Below are positions 49,345 through 61,649 of a stretch of 64,000 nucleotides of DNA, piece after piece. The position numbers were made by a program, and so were the translations under genes. Source of the stretch: Raillietiella orientalis (lineage: Eukaryota); assembly GCA_036172245.1 (NCBI GenBank), contig JAYWIR010000004.1, forward strand, positions 4,898,001 to 4,962,000, read 5' to 3'. Below the pieces are notes generated by a model, which was given only the letters and a program-made list of their open reading frames with translations, searched no databases and was not told where the DNA came from. Every line of letters begins with the position of its first letter. Within the stretch, counting starts at the first letter, position 1.

Positions 49345-49381
49345 ATCTCTTCTCGGCCTTTTGGCTAAGATCAAAGTGTAG
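49345..49381 (+). pseudogene. U2 snRNA 5' fragment (first 37 nt), 3'-truncated
   Basis: ATCTCTTCTCGGCCTTTTGGCTAAGATCAAAGTGTAG matches the conserved U2 5' end except at nt 4. Similarity stops abruptly and no Sm site or later stems follow. Confidence 0.88.
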
Positions 49382-52300
49382 ATCATGGTGCCTCAGGAAA
49401 CGGTTGGTAGGAAGAGTTCAAGAAGCTGTTGTTAAAAAAAAAAAAACGATTCATGAAGATCGTGAATGGTCTTGAGGAACTTTGCTAACTCTCATGAGGA
49501 GTGAGATTTCACAGAATATCATCACATTAAGTATCTTTCTTTCGTCACAGTGGGATTTTCCAAGCAAAAAAAAAAAAAACCGGAAAGAAAGTTTGCAAGA
49601 AATGAAAGCTTTCCAGAGGAGCACAGTGGATCTTAAGCACGAGGGACGTGAAACGTGTCAAAAGCTTCATTACGGCGTCCCCGTTCCAAAGTCAGAGAAT
49701 CATTTCGTACTCCAAATAAACAACGAAATGAGAAATGAAAACATCCCACGGTTGTGCTTTCGACCACAGTAGTCATTTTTCTATCGTTTCAGATTCTGCT
49801 CCAGCTTGAAGTTTCCTCATATCATGCTCATCCTCCTTTTTTTATCTGTCGGTCTGTTGGATAGGGAGATACGAAACGGAAATGAGCATTTTTGCGGCAC
49901 CTGCATTAAAGTGTTGTTATTGCCCCCATCAAGGGTTTGACCAAGTGTTAGTTTGCGTACGGTGTGATAAAAATGTCTGTCATCGTCCAGGACAAAGAGA
50001 TGAGCGTTGTTTGTTTGTGTGTGTTCATTTGAAAAGAATTCTGCCACTTTTTTTTCCCCTATCCCCTTTTTTCTTTTTTGTGGCCTTGGCATGTCCTGTT
50101 AGCTTTGTCCATCTGGATTTTCGAATGCTAGAGGATGAAAGCAAATTCAAGAAGTACGAATCTCTCTACTTGCCCTGTATTATTCCTACAGACGATACTT
50201 TTTTTTCCTCTGAGGTAGTCTAATCTTAGGGAAAGCATGAAATTTCGGAAAACATCTTTCCTGAACAGCCCTTCCGATGGTACCTTTGGAGAATGTGATC
50301 GAAAGCTTCCAGCCCATCATTTTGAGAATCAGGCCTCTGCGAAAGGTAAATTAAAAGGATGCCAAAGAATTCAGAAAGAATCTAGAATGCCAAAGAATCT
50401 ACTACTTAGAGAAGAGTTTTTGCTTATTACTGTGAAAATGAAATTAGAAACTCGAAAGCTTGTTTCATTCTAAAATGTATTTGATTTAGAATGAACGTTA
50501 AATTTCAAGAGAGTCTAGTTCTTCTTCTTTCTAGTTCTGTAAGAAACTAGAAGCAGGGAAATCAAGTTGTAGCGAACTTGACTTGTCTCAGATACCTTAT
50601 GCAAGACGATAAATAAAAAGAAGACACATCAGTCATTAGGAGTTAGGAGCTGGTCATTTGCTTCCTACGAGGGTCGCTGTTCAAAACAAAATGACAAATT
50701 GTTTTCCAACGTGAAGAAGGAAGACCATGAAAGCCCACAATAGAAAAGGTTTCGTGCTTATCCTGAATCATTCGAATGTTTCATGAGGATCAGCATGCAT
50801 TCTATTCGAAGGGGACAGGTGAACTTCGAAGTCTGCAGTTGGGCAGTTAAAAAGTTCAATATATGTTCAATGATAAGAAACCCATCGAACAAAACGACCT
50901 CTTACGAACTAACGTTAAGAGCACACCAATTGTTTTGAGAAGTGCCACAAAAGAGACATTTTTCTAAGGGCGAGAACCCGATATGACCTTGCCAAGGATT
51001 GCCAAGCTCTCATAATTGGTAGGAATGTTGAGAGGAGTTCAAGTTAGATCCCTTATTGGTGCTCTACCCAGACACAGGAAAGGCATTAAAGGGTTTTTTC
51101 ACGAAGAGCATGCATGCGAAAATATAATTTCAAACAAAATTAACAGCTAAAGAAATGTCTCGAAAACGTGCTTTTTGCTACAAGTGTTTACGTGTTTTCT
51201 GCTCCCTTGGAAGGAATAGAGTGCATTGATAATGCCGACTCAATGGTGCTCAAGTTCATCTGATTTCCGAACCAGTAAAAAATATCAAGGTGTCTTCCAT
51301 CTGGCTAACAGGCCACGAATCTTGTGAATTCGTTTCTGGTACCAAACTGTGGGACTGTGAACCCATAAATGAATTTCAAGATTATCACAGTGTTTAATTT
51401 GCATATTTTTATTTATAAAAATAACTTTGATTTCATTCAAAAAAATCGCTAAATTATATTATATGATGTTAGTATTTCATTAACTAATTATTGATTAATG
51501 GGAGCTTTTTGTTTGGTATCTGATATTTGGTATGATATCTGGAGAGATTTTGAAAAATATTCTTTGACTGATAAAGTATCCTAAATGTTTAGATCAGTAA
51601 TAAATCATTATTCGATGACATAACATTGACGTGAAATGATAAGATTCGAATTTTCATAAAATATAGAAACATTTCATTTATAGATTTTAATGTATGCATA
51701 TATAGTGCAAAAAAAAAAAAAAAAAAGGCTTCAAGGCTTATTATTTGCATCATATCTTCCTGCCATAGAAGGTGCTCGAGATCAATACCTTGTTCATCTT
51801 GCAATGCCCATAATATTTTCAAAGGTAAAACAATATTGCTGATTCAAGGGTGCAATAACACTGGCATGTGATGAAAGCATAGTCTAAATTTGTCGCCTTT
51901 GGAGCATTGGGCATGTCCATCCCTAAAGTTCATGGCTAGATCACTGGTTTAGGCAAAAGAATCAGTTTTGAAGTGATGTGGAAGATCAGATTAATTAAAT
52001 TCGTTGATTACCAAGACAAAGAATTCCGCGTCATGAACCAGAACGAACTCATTCTATTTCTTGTTATACTAGAAACGTTCAAGCTTTTTTGAACAACATT
52101 CACTCAAATACTGAGCTGCAGAATGCAATTCTACTCGATAAAGACGGGAGACTTTGGCGGTAGCCAAAATTCCGAAAAGCTAAAATCTCCACTGGAGAAA
52201 ACAGGATAGAGAAGGCAGTCAAAGAATTAATAGGAGTGCTCATTAGAGAATACGATAAGACTCACCAAAAAACAAAAGCATACTGTTGAACATTTGTCGT

Positions 52301-54812
52301 ATATTCTGTTTGAACTTCCTGGAAAGGGAGGGGAAACCGGGAAAAGCTGCATCTATTTGAAAAGCTGTTTCAGTCAGGCTTCACCATGCATGCATCTCCA
52401 AAGTCGAGAGTATTTGCATACAATTTGCCTGTTTCGTGCTTTCCAATAAAAGATTTATCAAGATCCGGGCTTTGTACAACGAGGCAGACCTCACTTCTGC
52501 CTCATTTCAAGAAATTCTTGCTCAAAAGTGCATTTCTGAAGTTAAGAACTATTTAATCCAATCTATACTCTTGGGACCAATTCTCTGTTTATTCTCTGTT
52601 TTGTTTCCTTGTATTTTTTTTATCACTTTGACTTCTGATTCGTTTCTGTACTCGATACAAACCTTATTGCAACCAAAAAGGCAATGCTACAGATCTCTAA
52701 ATTCTACGTCATTCTTTTTCATGACGTAGGTTTTGCAGCTGGCTTTGTATTCTGATGCTCGGTTAAAGTACGTGATGCACCAAGAAAGGAATGCTATTTT
52801 GTGAAAAATACTAACTAAATGCAGTCCTACATGGGATTTAGCTTTCTTGACCTTCTTTTTGTGACTCAGGCAGGCTTACCATTGGAAAATAATATTTCAC
52901 AAAATTAATTATTTCTCAAAATTGATTTTTTATAGAGGGTGCTAGCACTCTCAATATTTTTTTTTTAATCCTTCCGTGTCAGGATGTCAGATGAGATGAA
53001 GAACATTTATGTACAGGGAGCATCAAAGGAGGTGTTTCTATGAAACTTCAATTTCAAACCTTGAAAAGCTCTTCCTTTTAAATCTGTATTTTAAACGGAT
53101 ATTTTCTCTGGTATTTTGAGGATGAAAGAACAATGGTCTAACGATGCTTGAAAAGCTAATCAAACTGCTTTATAGAACTTGTTGGGAGGATGTCAGGGGG
53201 TTATGAAAGGATCTAGGAGATCATGCATCGAGATGACACTAGATTGGATTCTCTTTGACATCTAGAACTCTGAAAAATGCTTTGCATTTACTTGATTTCA
53301 GAAATTCCATCACGTACCTTCGATCTATGATTATTTACCTATTTAATCATCAGTGGACTTTTTGCTTTTTTACATGGATTTCGTGAGAAGCATTTTTAAG
53401 AGCTCTAGTTCTCTCAAATCATTACCACTCCAAAATCCCATCACAATGTACAAATTTCAGTTTATAAGCAATCATCGATTGTGACTGGATCACAGTCACA
53501 AAAAAATGAGCAAATTATCTGTAAAACTCGAATGCAGTCATAGAAGATGGAAATCACAATACGGAAGAAACAGATCACATTGCAAAAAAAAAAAAAAAAA
53601 AACTTTGCTTTCCTGTCTTCAGATGTTCGTGACATTTAGATATATGGAGCATGAAATGTGAACTGAAAGAACAAATTAAAATTCAATATCATGGTTGTTG
53701 CATGAGCATTCCGGAAAAAAACAATAATACATAGTGGGTCATGTGTTTATGTGATTTTTTTTTTTAGATTTTACAAAAATTACTTCGTAATTTACTCATT
53801 TATTGCGTATGCTTTGAGGAATCTTACTATGATTTTGGACCATAGCTAATTCCTTAGGCACAGGCTTAGAATCACTTCGTAGGGTAGTGCTTTTCATACC
53901 TATACAGCCCAACTAAATAAGCGGTTACGAGGGGGCTAACATGAATAAATATGCAGTGATCTAAACTAAAAATCATTTCGCATAAGAGAAGGTTTATTTA
54001 ATTTTGTGGACATGAAAGCATGATTTTGCATTTCTTTTTCAAGAGCATTCGTTTATTTTATTTTTTCACCCCGAGAGTATCGATAGATAAAAATTTGTAT
54101 TTGTATCGCTTGAGTAGCTGTAAATCTGATAATTTATCTTTATGTGAACGTTCTTTAATTTTGTGCTGTTCCCCGCATATTATTTCTTCGGCAGCCCAAT
54201 GAGCAATGAAGGAGTTACATTATCAGTGACAAACGGTACATATGAAATTTATCGAGTACACACCACACTTTCTTAAGGTCACTGCATGATCCCAAAACGA
54301 TACAGAAAGATATTAATGTAACGTATCAACATGCATGTACAGTCATATCTGTGTTGTTTCTGTTTTGGAATGCTATACTAAATGACTTTTTCTGAGAATG
54401 TTTTGTTTTGTTGGTGTAACGAGTACCTTCGAAGTCATGCGCAAATGAGGAACCTTGAATGTGGTATTTGAAAATACAAAAGTAACAATAAGTTTGGTGT
54501 GCTTTGTTTTTTTTTTTGGTTTGTTTGTTTGTTTTTGGTAATAATTAAGTTGATAAGTCATGTACGGATCTATGTCCCAAAGAAATTTTCAAAATGAGTG
54601 ATTTCAGTAGAAGCTGGCAAACACATGATAGAATTCCAAAATGTCCTTTTAGAAAGCTCGATTCTTCTTGTGACTTATGCGTAATCGTTCAAATTTTTTC
54701 TATGTACATGATAAAGGAAAAAATGCATCAAACCGAAGTTGATGTGTGATTTTTGAAATACATTCAAGTTTTTGAAGATTGTGTAGTGATCAGTGATTTT
54801 TCAATTCATCGA

Positions 54813-55708
54813 ATGCTTAATGAACAGGAAAAAGCAGGAATATACGAATTGTTACATGCATTAGAACATCAAGATGTACTGAATTTATGCAGACTTGTTA
54901 CAAATGGCTTTGTGCAACCCCAAAGTTTCCAAGAAGCAGTGGATGCAATTCTTTTGCATGCTCGAGATGCAAAATTCCTTCTTGAACGCAAGAAAATCAC
55001 AGCACAGATCCTTTTTTGCTACCTGAATATGCATGGTATTTCCACAAATCCTACGATTGGTAAAAGTGGACTGATATTTGAGGTACTCAAGTTTTGGAAT
55101 TCTCATCAAGAACCTGAAAAACCAAGAGAAGATGCAAAACAAGATCTTGTGGTAAGTTTCAGAGGTGTGCATTATTAATCAAATGTCAATCGTTTTAGAA
55201 CACTGAATCATCACATATTGATTTGGAATGCTTTGGTACACAATTTGTGAAATGGTTTTTCCCTTTATGGCTCAATTCATGTGGAATGGTCCCATCTCAT
55301 CTACCTAAATCTCAAGAAATTTTTGAAAGCACTCATTTCTGGCCAAACTGCAATCTAAAAATTGAAGTGTTTTCTATAAGTGGTGACTTAAGAAACTCTG
55401 TTTGTGCACAAGGTTCTGTGGAAGTGTTGCAAAATTTGAAGGAACTATTACTCTCTACAAACTTTTTGTTTAATCCAAACTTTTTTGATCATGGTATCCG
55501 GACTCGTATGGATCCCCATGGTCTAATGGAATTGATAGTATGTGGTACATTACATTTGAACAATGCTTGGAAAGGGAAGTTTGAACAGTTATTCAGATTA
55601 CTTAGAGACCCATTGATTAATCATAATTGGAAAATTTGTGATATATTCCTGCGACTTCATGTTATGGAAAATATAGATTCATTTAATTCTGTAGCACTGA
55701 AACAATAA
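54813..55708 (+). CDS. C3orf38-like (DUF4518 family) uncharacterised protein, 2 exons (54813-55151, 55199-55708), 282 aa
   Basis: ATG at 54813; 47-nt intron GTG|gtaagt...ttttag|AAC joins ORFs 54753-55178 and 55223-55708 in frame. Motifs LLERKKIT..ILF.YL, F.KWFF, HFW..C.L, FNPN, DPHGL....VCGTLH, G.FEQ.F.L.RDP...NWKI are characteristic of C3orf38 homologues (recalled). Confidence 0.87.
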
Positions 55709-55853
55709 ATTTACTTTTTTTGCCATTCATATTCTTGAATATGTTCAGGATGAAATCATGATTTTTAGTGCTTTTGCTAGATGTTCTGTGAAAATATTTT
55801 TCATGTCAGATAAGCTCTCTTAAATACAATGGCTGTGATGAGAACATTCATCC

Positions 55854-55911
55854 ATTTAATTGATTTCTAAGCATACAAGTGCAAAGCCATATGCTTAGAA
55901 ATCAATTAAAT
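55854..55911. repeat. Perfect inverted repeat, 22-bp arms with 14-nt spacer
   Basis: ATTTAATTGATTTCTAAGCATA-caagtgcaaagcca-TATGCTTAGAAATCAATTAAAT. Confidence 0.92.
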
Positions 55912-57934
55912 ACAAAGCTGTATGGGACTGTTCAAATGTCGAGTTTGTATGTCGAGTTTGTATGGTTCCTATTTGGGAGAAAGAAATTTCAAGCAACTGC
56001 TAAGTCTATCCCATCGAATTATAAATCTTTGTGATGATTCATATTTAAGTTCCTTTGCTTTCATTTCCAAAAATTTTCTGAGAACTGGGTTCTTATCATA
56101 ATTCATTTCAAGACTGCAAAAATCCTTATTGTATCAGTTATTCGGCTACAATTTACCATGGTGAATTCACTTTTATAATTTTTTCGCGGGTTTTTACTTC
56201 CTGATTAATCCCAAGATAAAGATTCTCAAGATGTCAGCAACCAAAATTAGCTTTTGCTATCCACTGTTATTAAATTGTATTGTTTTGTTTTCTGTGTATC
56301 TTGCTGGTCAATGACATTTGTCAAGGATTCGCTTAGTAAGTCAAGAAGAAAATTACAGCAGATACTATGGAGCCAAGATTTTAAAGTGTTGACTTTTTTT
56401 TTCATTGTAAAATCTAAATTTAGAGATAGTTGCATTGTTTTTTTTTTATTGCTTAATTTCACAAGAGAGATTATGTATTGCAATTATTATCATTATTTAG
56501 GTATGAACAAGTCAGATCAAAACTGAGTTTAAAGGTACTCTGAAGCTTCTGCTTCAGAGCTTTGCATTTCAGCATGTCAGAATTTAATGGGATCATTGTG
56601 AACATCATATTCAACTCTTCTTAACCCCATTTTTTCTTTGATTTCCTGGTCAGTGTAACATGGCGTCAGTGAACTTTTGAATTTCTTAATGTGTAGCATT
56701 AAGGTACAAGCTTTGAGTTGTATTTGTTTTCTTATAATAATTATCTGTGTTGATCACATTCTTGCACGGATTCCAGTCATTATTTCGCAATTCAGGGATT
56801 ACTCCTGAGAGAAATATGAATTATTTTTCTGGACTTGAATTGAAGATGTGAGACTCGTGCATCCCTAGTTTTCGGAAATTTGCCCATTCAGTACCGAAGA
56901 ATTTCATGTTTTGCGTTGCCAAGTCTTGAGTCTCAGGACAAGTGCCATTATCTTGAGGATTTTATAGATGAGCAATTCAATTCAAGATTGGCGTGAATAC
57001 ATCCGAAACAGCATGAACGTGATTTATGTGGACTTTTCAGTGTGGGATGACATCATTCTTTAATTTTAGCAATTGTATTCTCTCATTGATTATCTAACAT
57101 GAATCACATGCAATAGCAAATTATTGAAAGCGTTTCAGTTAATTTACGAGATTCTGAAACTGTGATAGATCCTATAATAATTTCCATTGCTTTTGAATCG
57201 CAAAATTATGGAGATCAAGCAAATAGAGTGAATGCAATTACATAATCTATTACCATTGTTAATTCTCCAGGAATGGCATAACCTCATTCAGCATATCAAG
57301 TCATCTAGAAATACTGATCGACAGTCCGGTGATCTGCGGCCATCGTTACCAGCCATTCATGATTAATGAGCATCATTGTAAATAATCTTCTCGGAACAGG
57401 CCCAAAACGCATAAAGATGTGTGAAAATGAAAACAATTCAATGTCTTCTGATACATGTTGCTTACGGACTAGATTTAAAACGATCCAAATTCAGCAAGTC
57501 AACTTGTCCGTATCCGTGCAGAGCAGTTGCAGTCAAAAAGATGGAATACCAGCGATATGAAAAAAACTCTAGAAAATCATGTACTCATCATATAGTTTAT
57601 GAACCCTAAATTTAGGTTCAGCTTAATTCCCAGCCATAAATTTCCCATGAAAGTAGTGTTTGTTTTCAAATCGTTTGATCTGAGAGTGATTTAGAATTTC
57701 ATAATTTTTCAAAGCGTTCGAGCTAGGATGGTTTTCATTATGAAAAGTTTTCTCAATCTCTGCATTCGTTCCTCTGAGCATTTAAAAGTCATTCATCCGA
57801 TCATGTCTACAACACTTAAGAGTCTCGCACCAGTACTTTTTGACTGTTTTTCAAGCTGCTGAAAGCAATCCACAATTTATTTATTTATTTTCTCAGAAAT
57901 TACGTGAACAAGTTCTAAGCTCTTTCTTTAAAAG

Positions 57935-57972
57935 AATTGTCCCATAGTGAGGATCTTCACTATGGGACAATT
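57935..57972. repeat. Perfect inverted repeat, 16-bp arms with 6-nt spacer
   Basis: AATTGTCCCATAGTGA-ggatct-TCACTATGGGACAATT. Confidence 0.9.
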
Positions 57973-59443
57973 TGAGTTTACAATTTCAGTTTACTCAACA
58001 TGACCCATGCTTCATGTTAATTCTGCCTTGTAAAGACGGGAAAACCCGCCAGTCCTTCTCATACACCTAATAGGTCTCCGAGAGTGGCCTCCGAGTTCAA
58101 TGATATTTTGAAGAAAATGTTGGCGAGAAAATTTTGTCTGCAGTAGGTTGCAAGGATTCTTCTGCAGGAACCGTTCTCAAGGAACGTAAAATGAAAGAAC
58201 ATATCACACAGTACAATGATTGAACAACTGTTAGAAGCAAATGCAATCTATTATAACTTTATTCGCTATGCAATCGTAAAACTGTGAATGATTTAAAAAC
58301 GTAATTTAGCTTCATATTGTTCGAAACTTTGGTCTGCATGCTACTAGGATGTTCCGGGCATTAGAAACATACCGTACAAGTAAATATGAAAATGAATATC
58401 TAATTTACAAAGATCTGCGAATTAGTCCTTGATCTACGCTATAAGACATTAGCATTTTTGAAGAATCTGAACGTTCCATAAAGGCATTGTTCAAGCCCAA
58501 TCTTTGGAGGAAAAAAAAAAGAATGTTTTAAGCGTTTTTATTAATATTATAAATCGACGACGATTTTTTTAGTGATTATTTTTGTATTTTCTTTGCCTTT
58601 TTCTTGGTAAGATTGATAGCATGCTTGAAATAAATTTGCATGACTTACAGGGAGAGAAACATAAGAATAATAGCTTGTATTATCAGTTGATCAATAACAC
58701 TATCAGGGACCAGTGTTCCTTTGATAGGAATTTCAGCCCCAGATAGTAAACTCTTCACAAGGCAATCGATCAAGAAGAGAAGATATCTATTAGCATTCAC
58801 AAAAAGTTGAGTCTCTCAGTGCTTCGTCAATATGAAAAAAAATACATTTTGCTTACAGAACATACTTTAAAAAAAAATTAGAAGAAACTGCGAAAAGCAC
58901 CCCATGGGGTGAATGCAAGAAGGCCGTTTATTTCAACACGACCAATGAAGTCATCATTTAACTATATTTCAATGTGCATGCAAAGCAATGCACTGTGTAT
59001 TTCTGGTTGCTTTTATGTAATTCCCACTTCAGTCGCGTCTCTGTTTTTTGGTCACATGGTTCATCAAAAATTTAAGAGCGCGAAACAAGCTTGATGTTTA
59101 GCTGTTCACTAGATCAACAGCGCTCTTAACTGATGACTGATCTCGGTAGCATTTGTTGTGTTCTGTGCCATATCGCATCCACAAACTTCAGTAATCGTAC
59201 GTGCAAACTGGTAAAAATCCTAATCGAAAACTTGCTTCATACTTGTTATCGTCTCAGCTTTCAACTTTTGAAATCCCATATATTTTAGCTTTTGAAAATT
59301 GCTGTTTTTAGTTCATCCCCAGTAACTTTGTCTTCATACGATTTCTTTTGCGCATGGATTGGTACGCGTGCACGCGGGCGATCTCCGACGAGCAAACGCA
59401 AACAGTGAGAGAGTTATCATGAATCCAAGGTACGCATGGTGTC

Positions 59444-59515
59444 GGGGATGTAGCTCAGTGGTAGAGCGTTCGCTTCGCATGTGAGAGGCCCCGGGTTCAA
59501 TCCCCGGCATCTCCA
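59444..59515 (+). tRNA. tRNA-Ala (anticodon CGC)
   Basis: GGGGATGTAGCTCAGTGGTAGAGCGTTCGCTTCGCATGTGAGAGGCCCCGGGTTCAATCCCCGGCATCTCCA: 72 nt, full cloverleaf, G3:U70 pair, A and B boxes, T4 run at 59521-59524. Confidence 0.96.
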
Positions 59516-60299
59516 GTCTGTTTTGTCTCGCTCCCAGCCGTGTCATCCCCAGGCCCGGATGGCTGCCGGGCGTTGTTTTTGCCCAGAACCGCGTTCCGGG
59601 TGCTGAAGAAGTCGACACTTTTTTTTAAGCTTCTGGCCACCTGCCATGTCCAGGAGTGCGTGTAATGTTCAAGACGGTGGTTCCAAATAAGTGTGTCCAG
59701 TGGCGGCGTGTGTGGCAATCACGCGTCACGTGCGCAATGATACATGACTGATGAATCTTTTGATGAGCACGCAAATGATGCAGTAATGCACGCGACACCG
59801 TTTCTTTACTGGACAATCAGGAAATTCGTTTTCCATCATTGCTGCTCTTGATCACTTCGTGCTCCCTTCCAGTGGTTCTCGTGAGAGGTTTCAACTCGCC
59901 AGTGGATCGCCGACGAGAGGTGGACGAACCCGAAATGACGACCGAATTGGTCATTGCAAAGGTCAGCTGGCATCCTGGTGTTGGCGTGCTTGAAACGTGC
60001 TAATCTGCATCGGATGACGTAATGGACCCACGTGCAAACAAACTGCGGGGGAGAATGCTGCCTTTTTTGTTAAAGCAATTTCCGTAAGCTTCTTGTTTAC
60101 CCTCTGAATTTTTTTTAAGGCTATCAAAAAAATTCATGTGACGTGAAATTAACAAACATCAACCTCTAAATACAAATTAATAATGAATCCAGTAGTTTAA
60201 ATGATTTTATTATGACGAATATGACGAATATGCTTTGTAACTTTGGCCTACAACGTTTGCACTTGTGCGTGTAAGAAAAGCTCAAGCGTGGAATTCCGT

Positions 60300-61169
60300 A
60301 AAACAACCCGAAAATGGACATAAAAAAAAAACAACCAAAGAATTTTTCTATTTCATTAGATGAAATACCTATGGGGGTTTTGCTGGATAGTGTATTGGCA
60401 TAGTCAACTATTACTATAATGTTGTCATGAGATAATTTTAGGAAATAGGTCATAGGAGAGTAGGGTGCTTCGGGATCTTCAGGACAATTTCCTTTCCAAG
60501 GAAAAGGAAGAGTATCCTTCGGATGGGATGCGGATTTCCAGGAAATTTTTTCTGATTTTAAATTTCCATCATCTGATGATGGTTCCCCACTAAATTCATC
60601 GTCGCTATCAATCATATTTATAGGTCGTCTGGTAAATACTAATCTGATCTTCGTCCGAGTCAGATCCTAATGAAGAATCCTCAGATATCTGTTACCTCTG
60701 ATGCTTCTCATCCTTACTACTCTTTTATTTTTATATGCTTTGGTATTCATATTTTAGGCCTCCAGTATATAAAACCAAAAAAAAAAAAGAAAGCACAAGT
60801 GTTGTCGCAAATACACCGAATCCTACATATATTAAATAGCTCGTTGTGATTTGAAAGTCACAAAGCTATATCATGTGAAAATAATAACAAGATGATTGTG
60901 TAAATGTGCAAACGAATAAGAGATTATTGATATACAGACCAAGAGCTATTACGTAGGCTTTTCCCTGTTGCTTATCAAAACACCGATGGAACAAAAAATC
61001 ATGACAAACTGCACAGGATGCTTCGTGCAACTTTTATCTGTGGACAACTCCCTAAAGCATTTACCTCGATATCTCGGGGTGCAGTTGGCATCCTGTCACC
61101 AAGACTGTTGTTGGTTACCAAGGAGACGTCATACAACAAGATGTATATATGCCGCCTGGCGGTAAGGAG
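60300..61169 (-). mobile_element. Decayed piggyBac-like DNA transposon (one end plus transposase N-terminal fragment)
   Basis: ORF 60166-60615 has an acidic N-terminus then SPMTYF...IIVIVDYAN...ISSNEIEKFFGCFFFMSIFGL, resembling the start of the piggyBac DDE_Tnp_1_7 region. It is frameshifted relative to an upstream ATG at 60750 and similarity is lost after ~60305. A candidate end reads TTAA|CTCCTTACCGCCAGGCGGCATATATAC on the minus strand (TTAA at 61170-61173). Confidence 0.72.
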
Positions 61170-61611
61170 TTAAACGTATCAATAGGATACATTAGTACGT
61201 GACTTCAAAGTCTCACTGGCCTGTAGAAGGTTAAATCGAATCAAGTCAAATGCTATCTGGGAAAAGGATGCAGATCAATCGGCTTCGAACCTCACTATTA
61301 TCGTGATCATATGATCCAGAGAAGAAAAAAAAAATTCGTTCTAAGGTGCACTTAATCTCGAATCTCCTGATCACCATAAAAAGTGTCTCTGAGTATGGAG
61401 AAACTTTCAGGCTGCCCGGTTCTCGCCGTTTGGATATGTTTTCGTTTGCAATAATTATAATCAATGCTTTTTTAATTGTGCTTTTATTACTTTTTAGTGA
61501 TGAACTTTCCGTCAGGATTTGTTCGAAACATGTATGGGATGCCCTCGCGATGTTTCATGTTTGGAATGCGTATTTTCTGCGCGAAAATGAGACTTCTTGA
61601 TGACGTTTATT

Positions 61612-61649
61612 GAAGAAGAAGAAGAAGAGGAGGAAAAGAAGAAGAAAAA
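61612..61649 (+). repeat. Imperfect (GAA)n/(GAG)n microsatellite
   Basis: GAAGAAGAAGAAGAAGAGGAGGAAAAGAAGAAGAAAAA. Confidence 0.75.

Noticed and set aside
50666..50695. Mariner-like end TACGAGGGTCG...TTCAAAA
   Set aside because: Short match, no partner TIR and no transposase remnant nearby.
56031..56081. C/D-box snoRNA candidate (GTGATGA...CTGA)
   Set aside because: Only ~51 nt, no terminal stem, and no rRNA/snRNA antisense element I can recognise.
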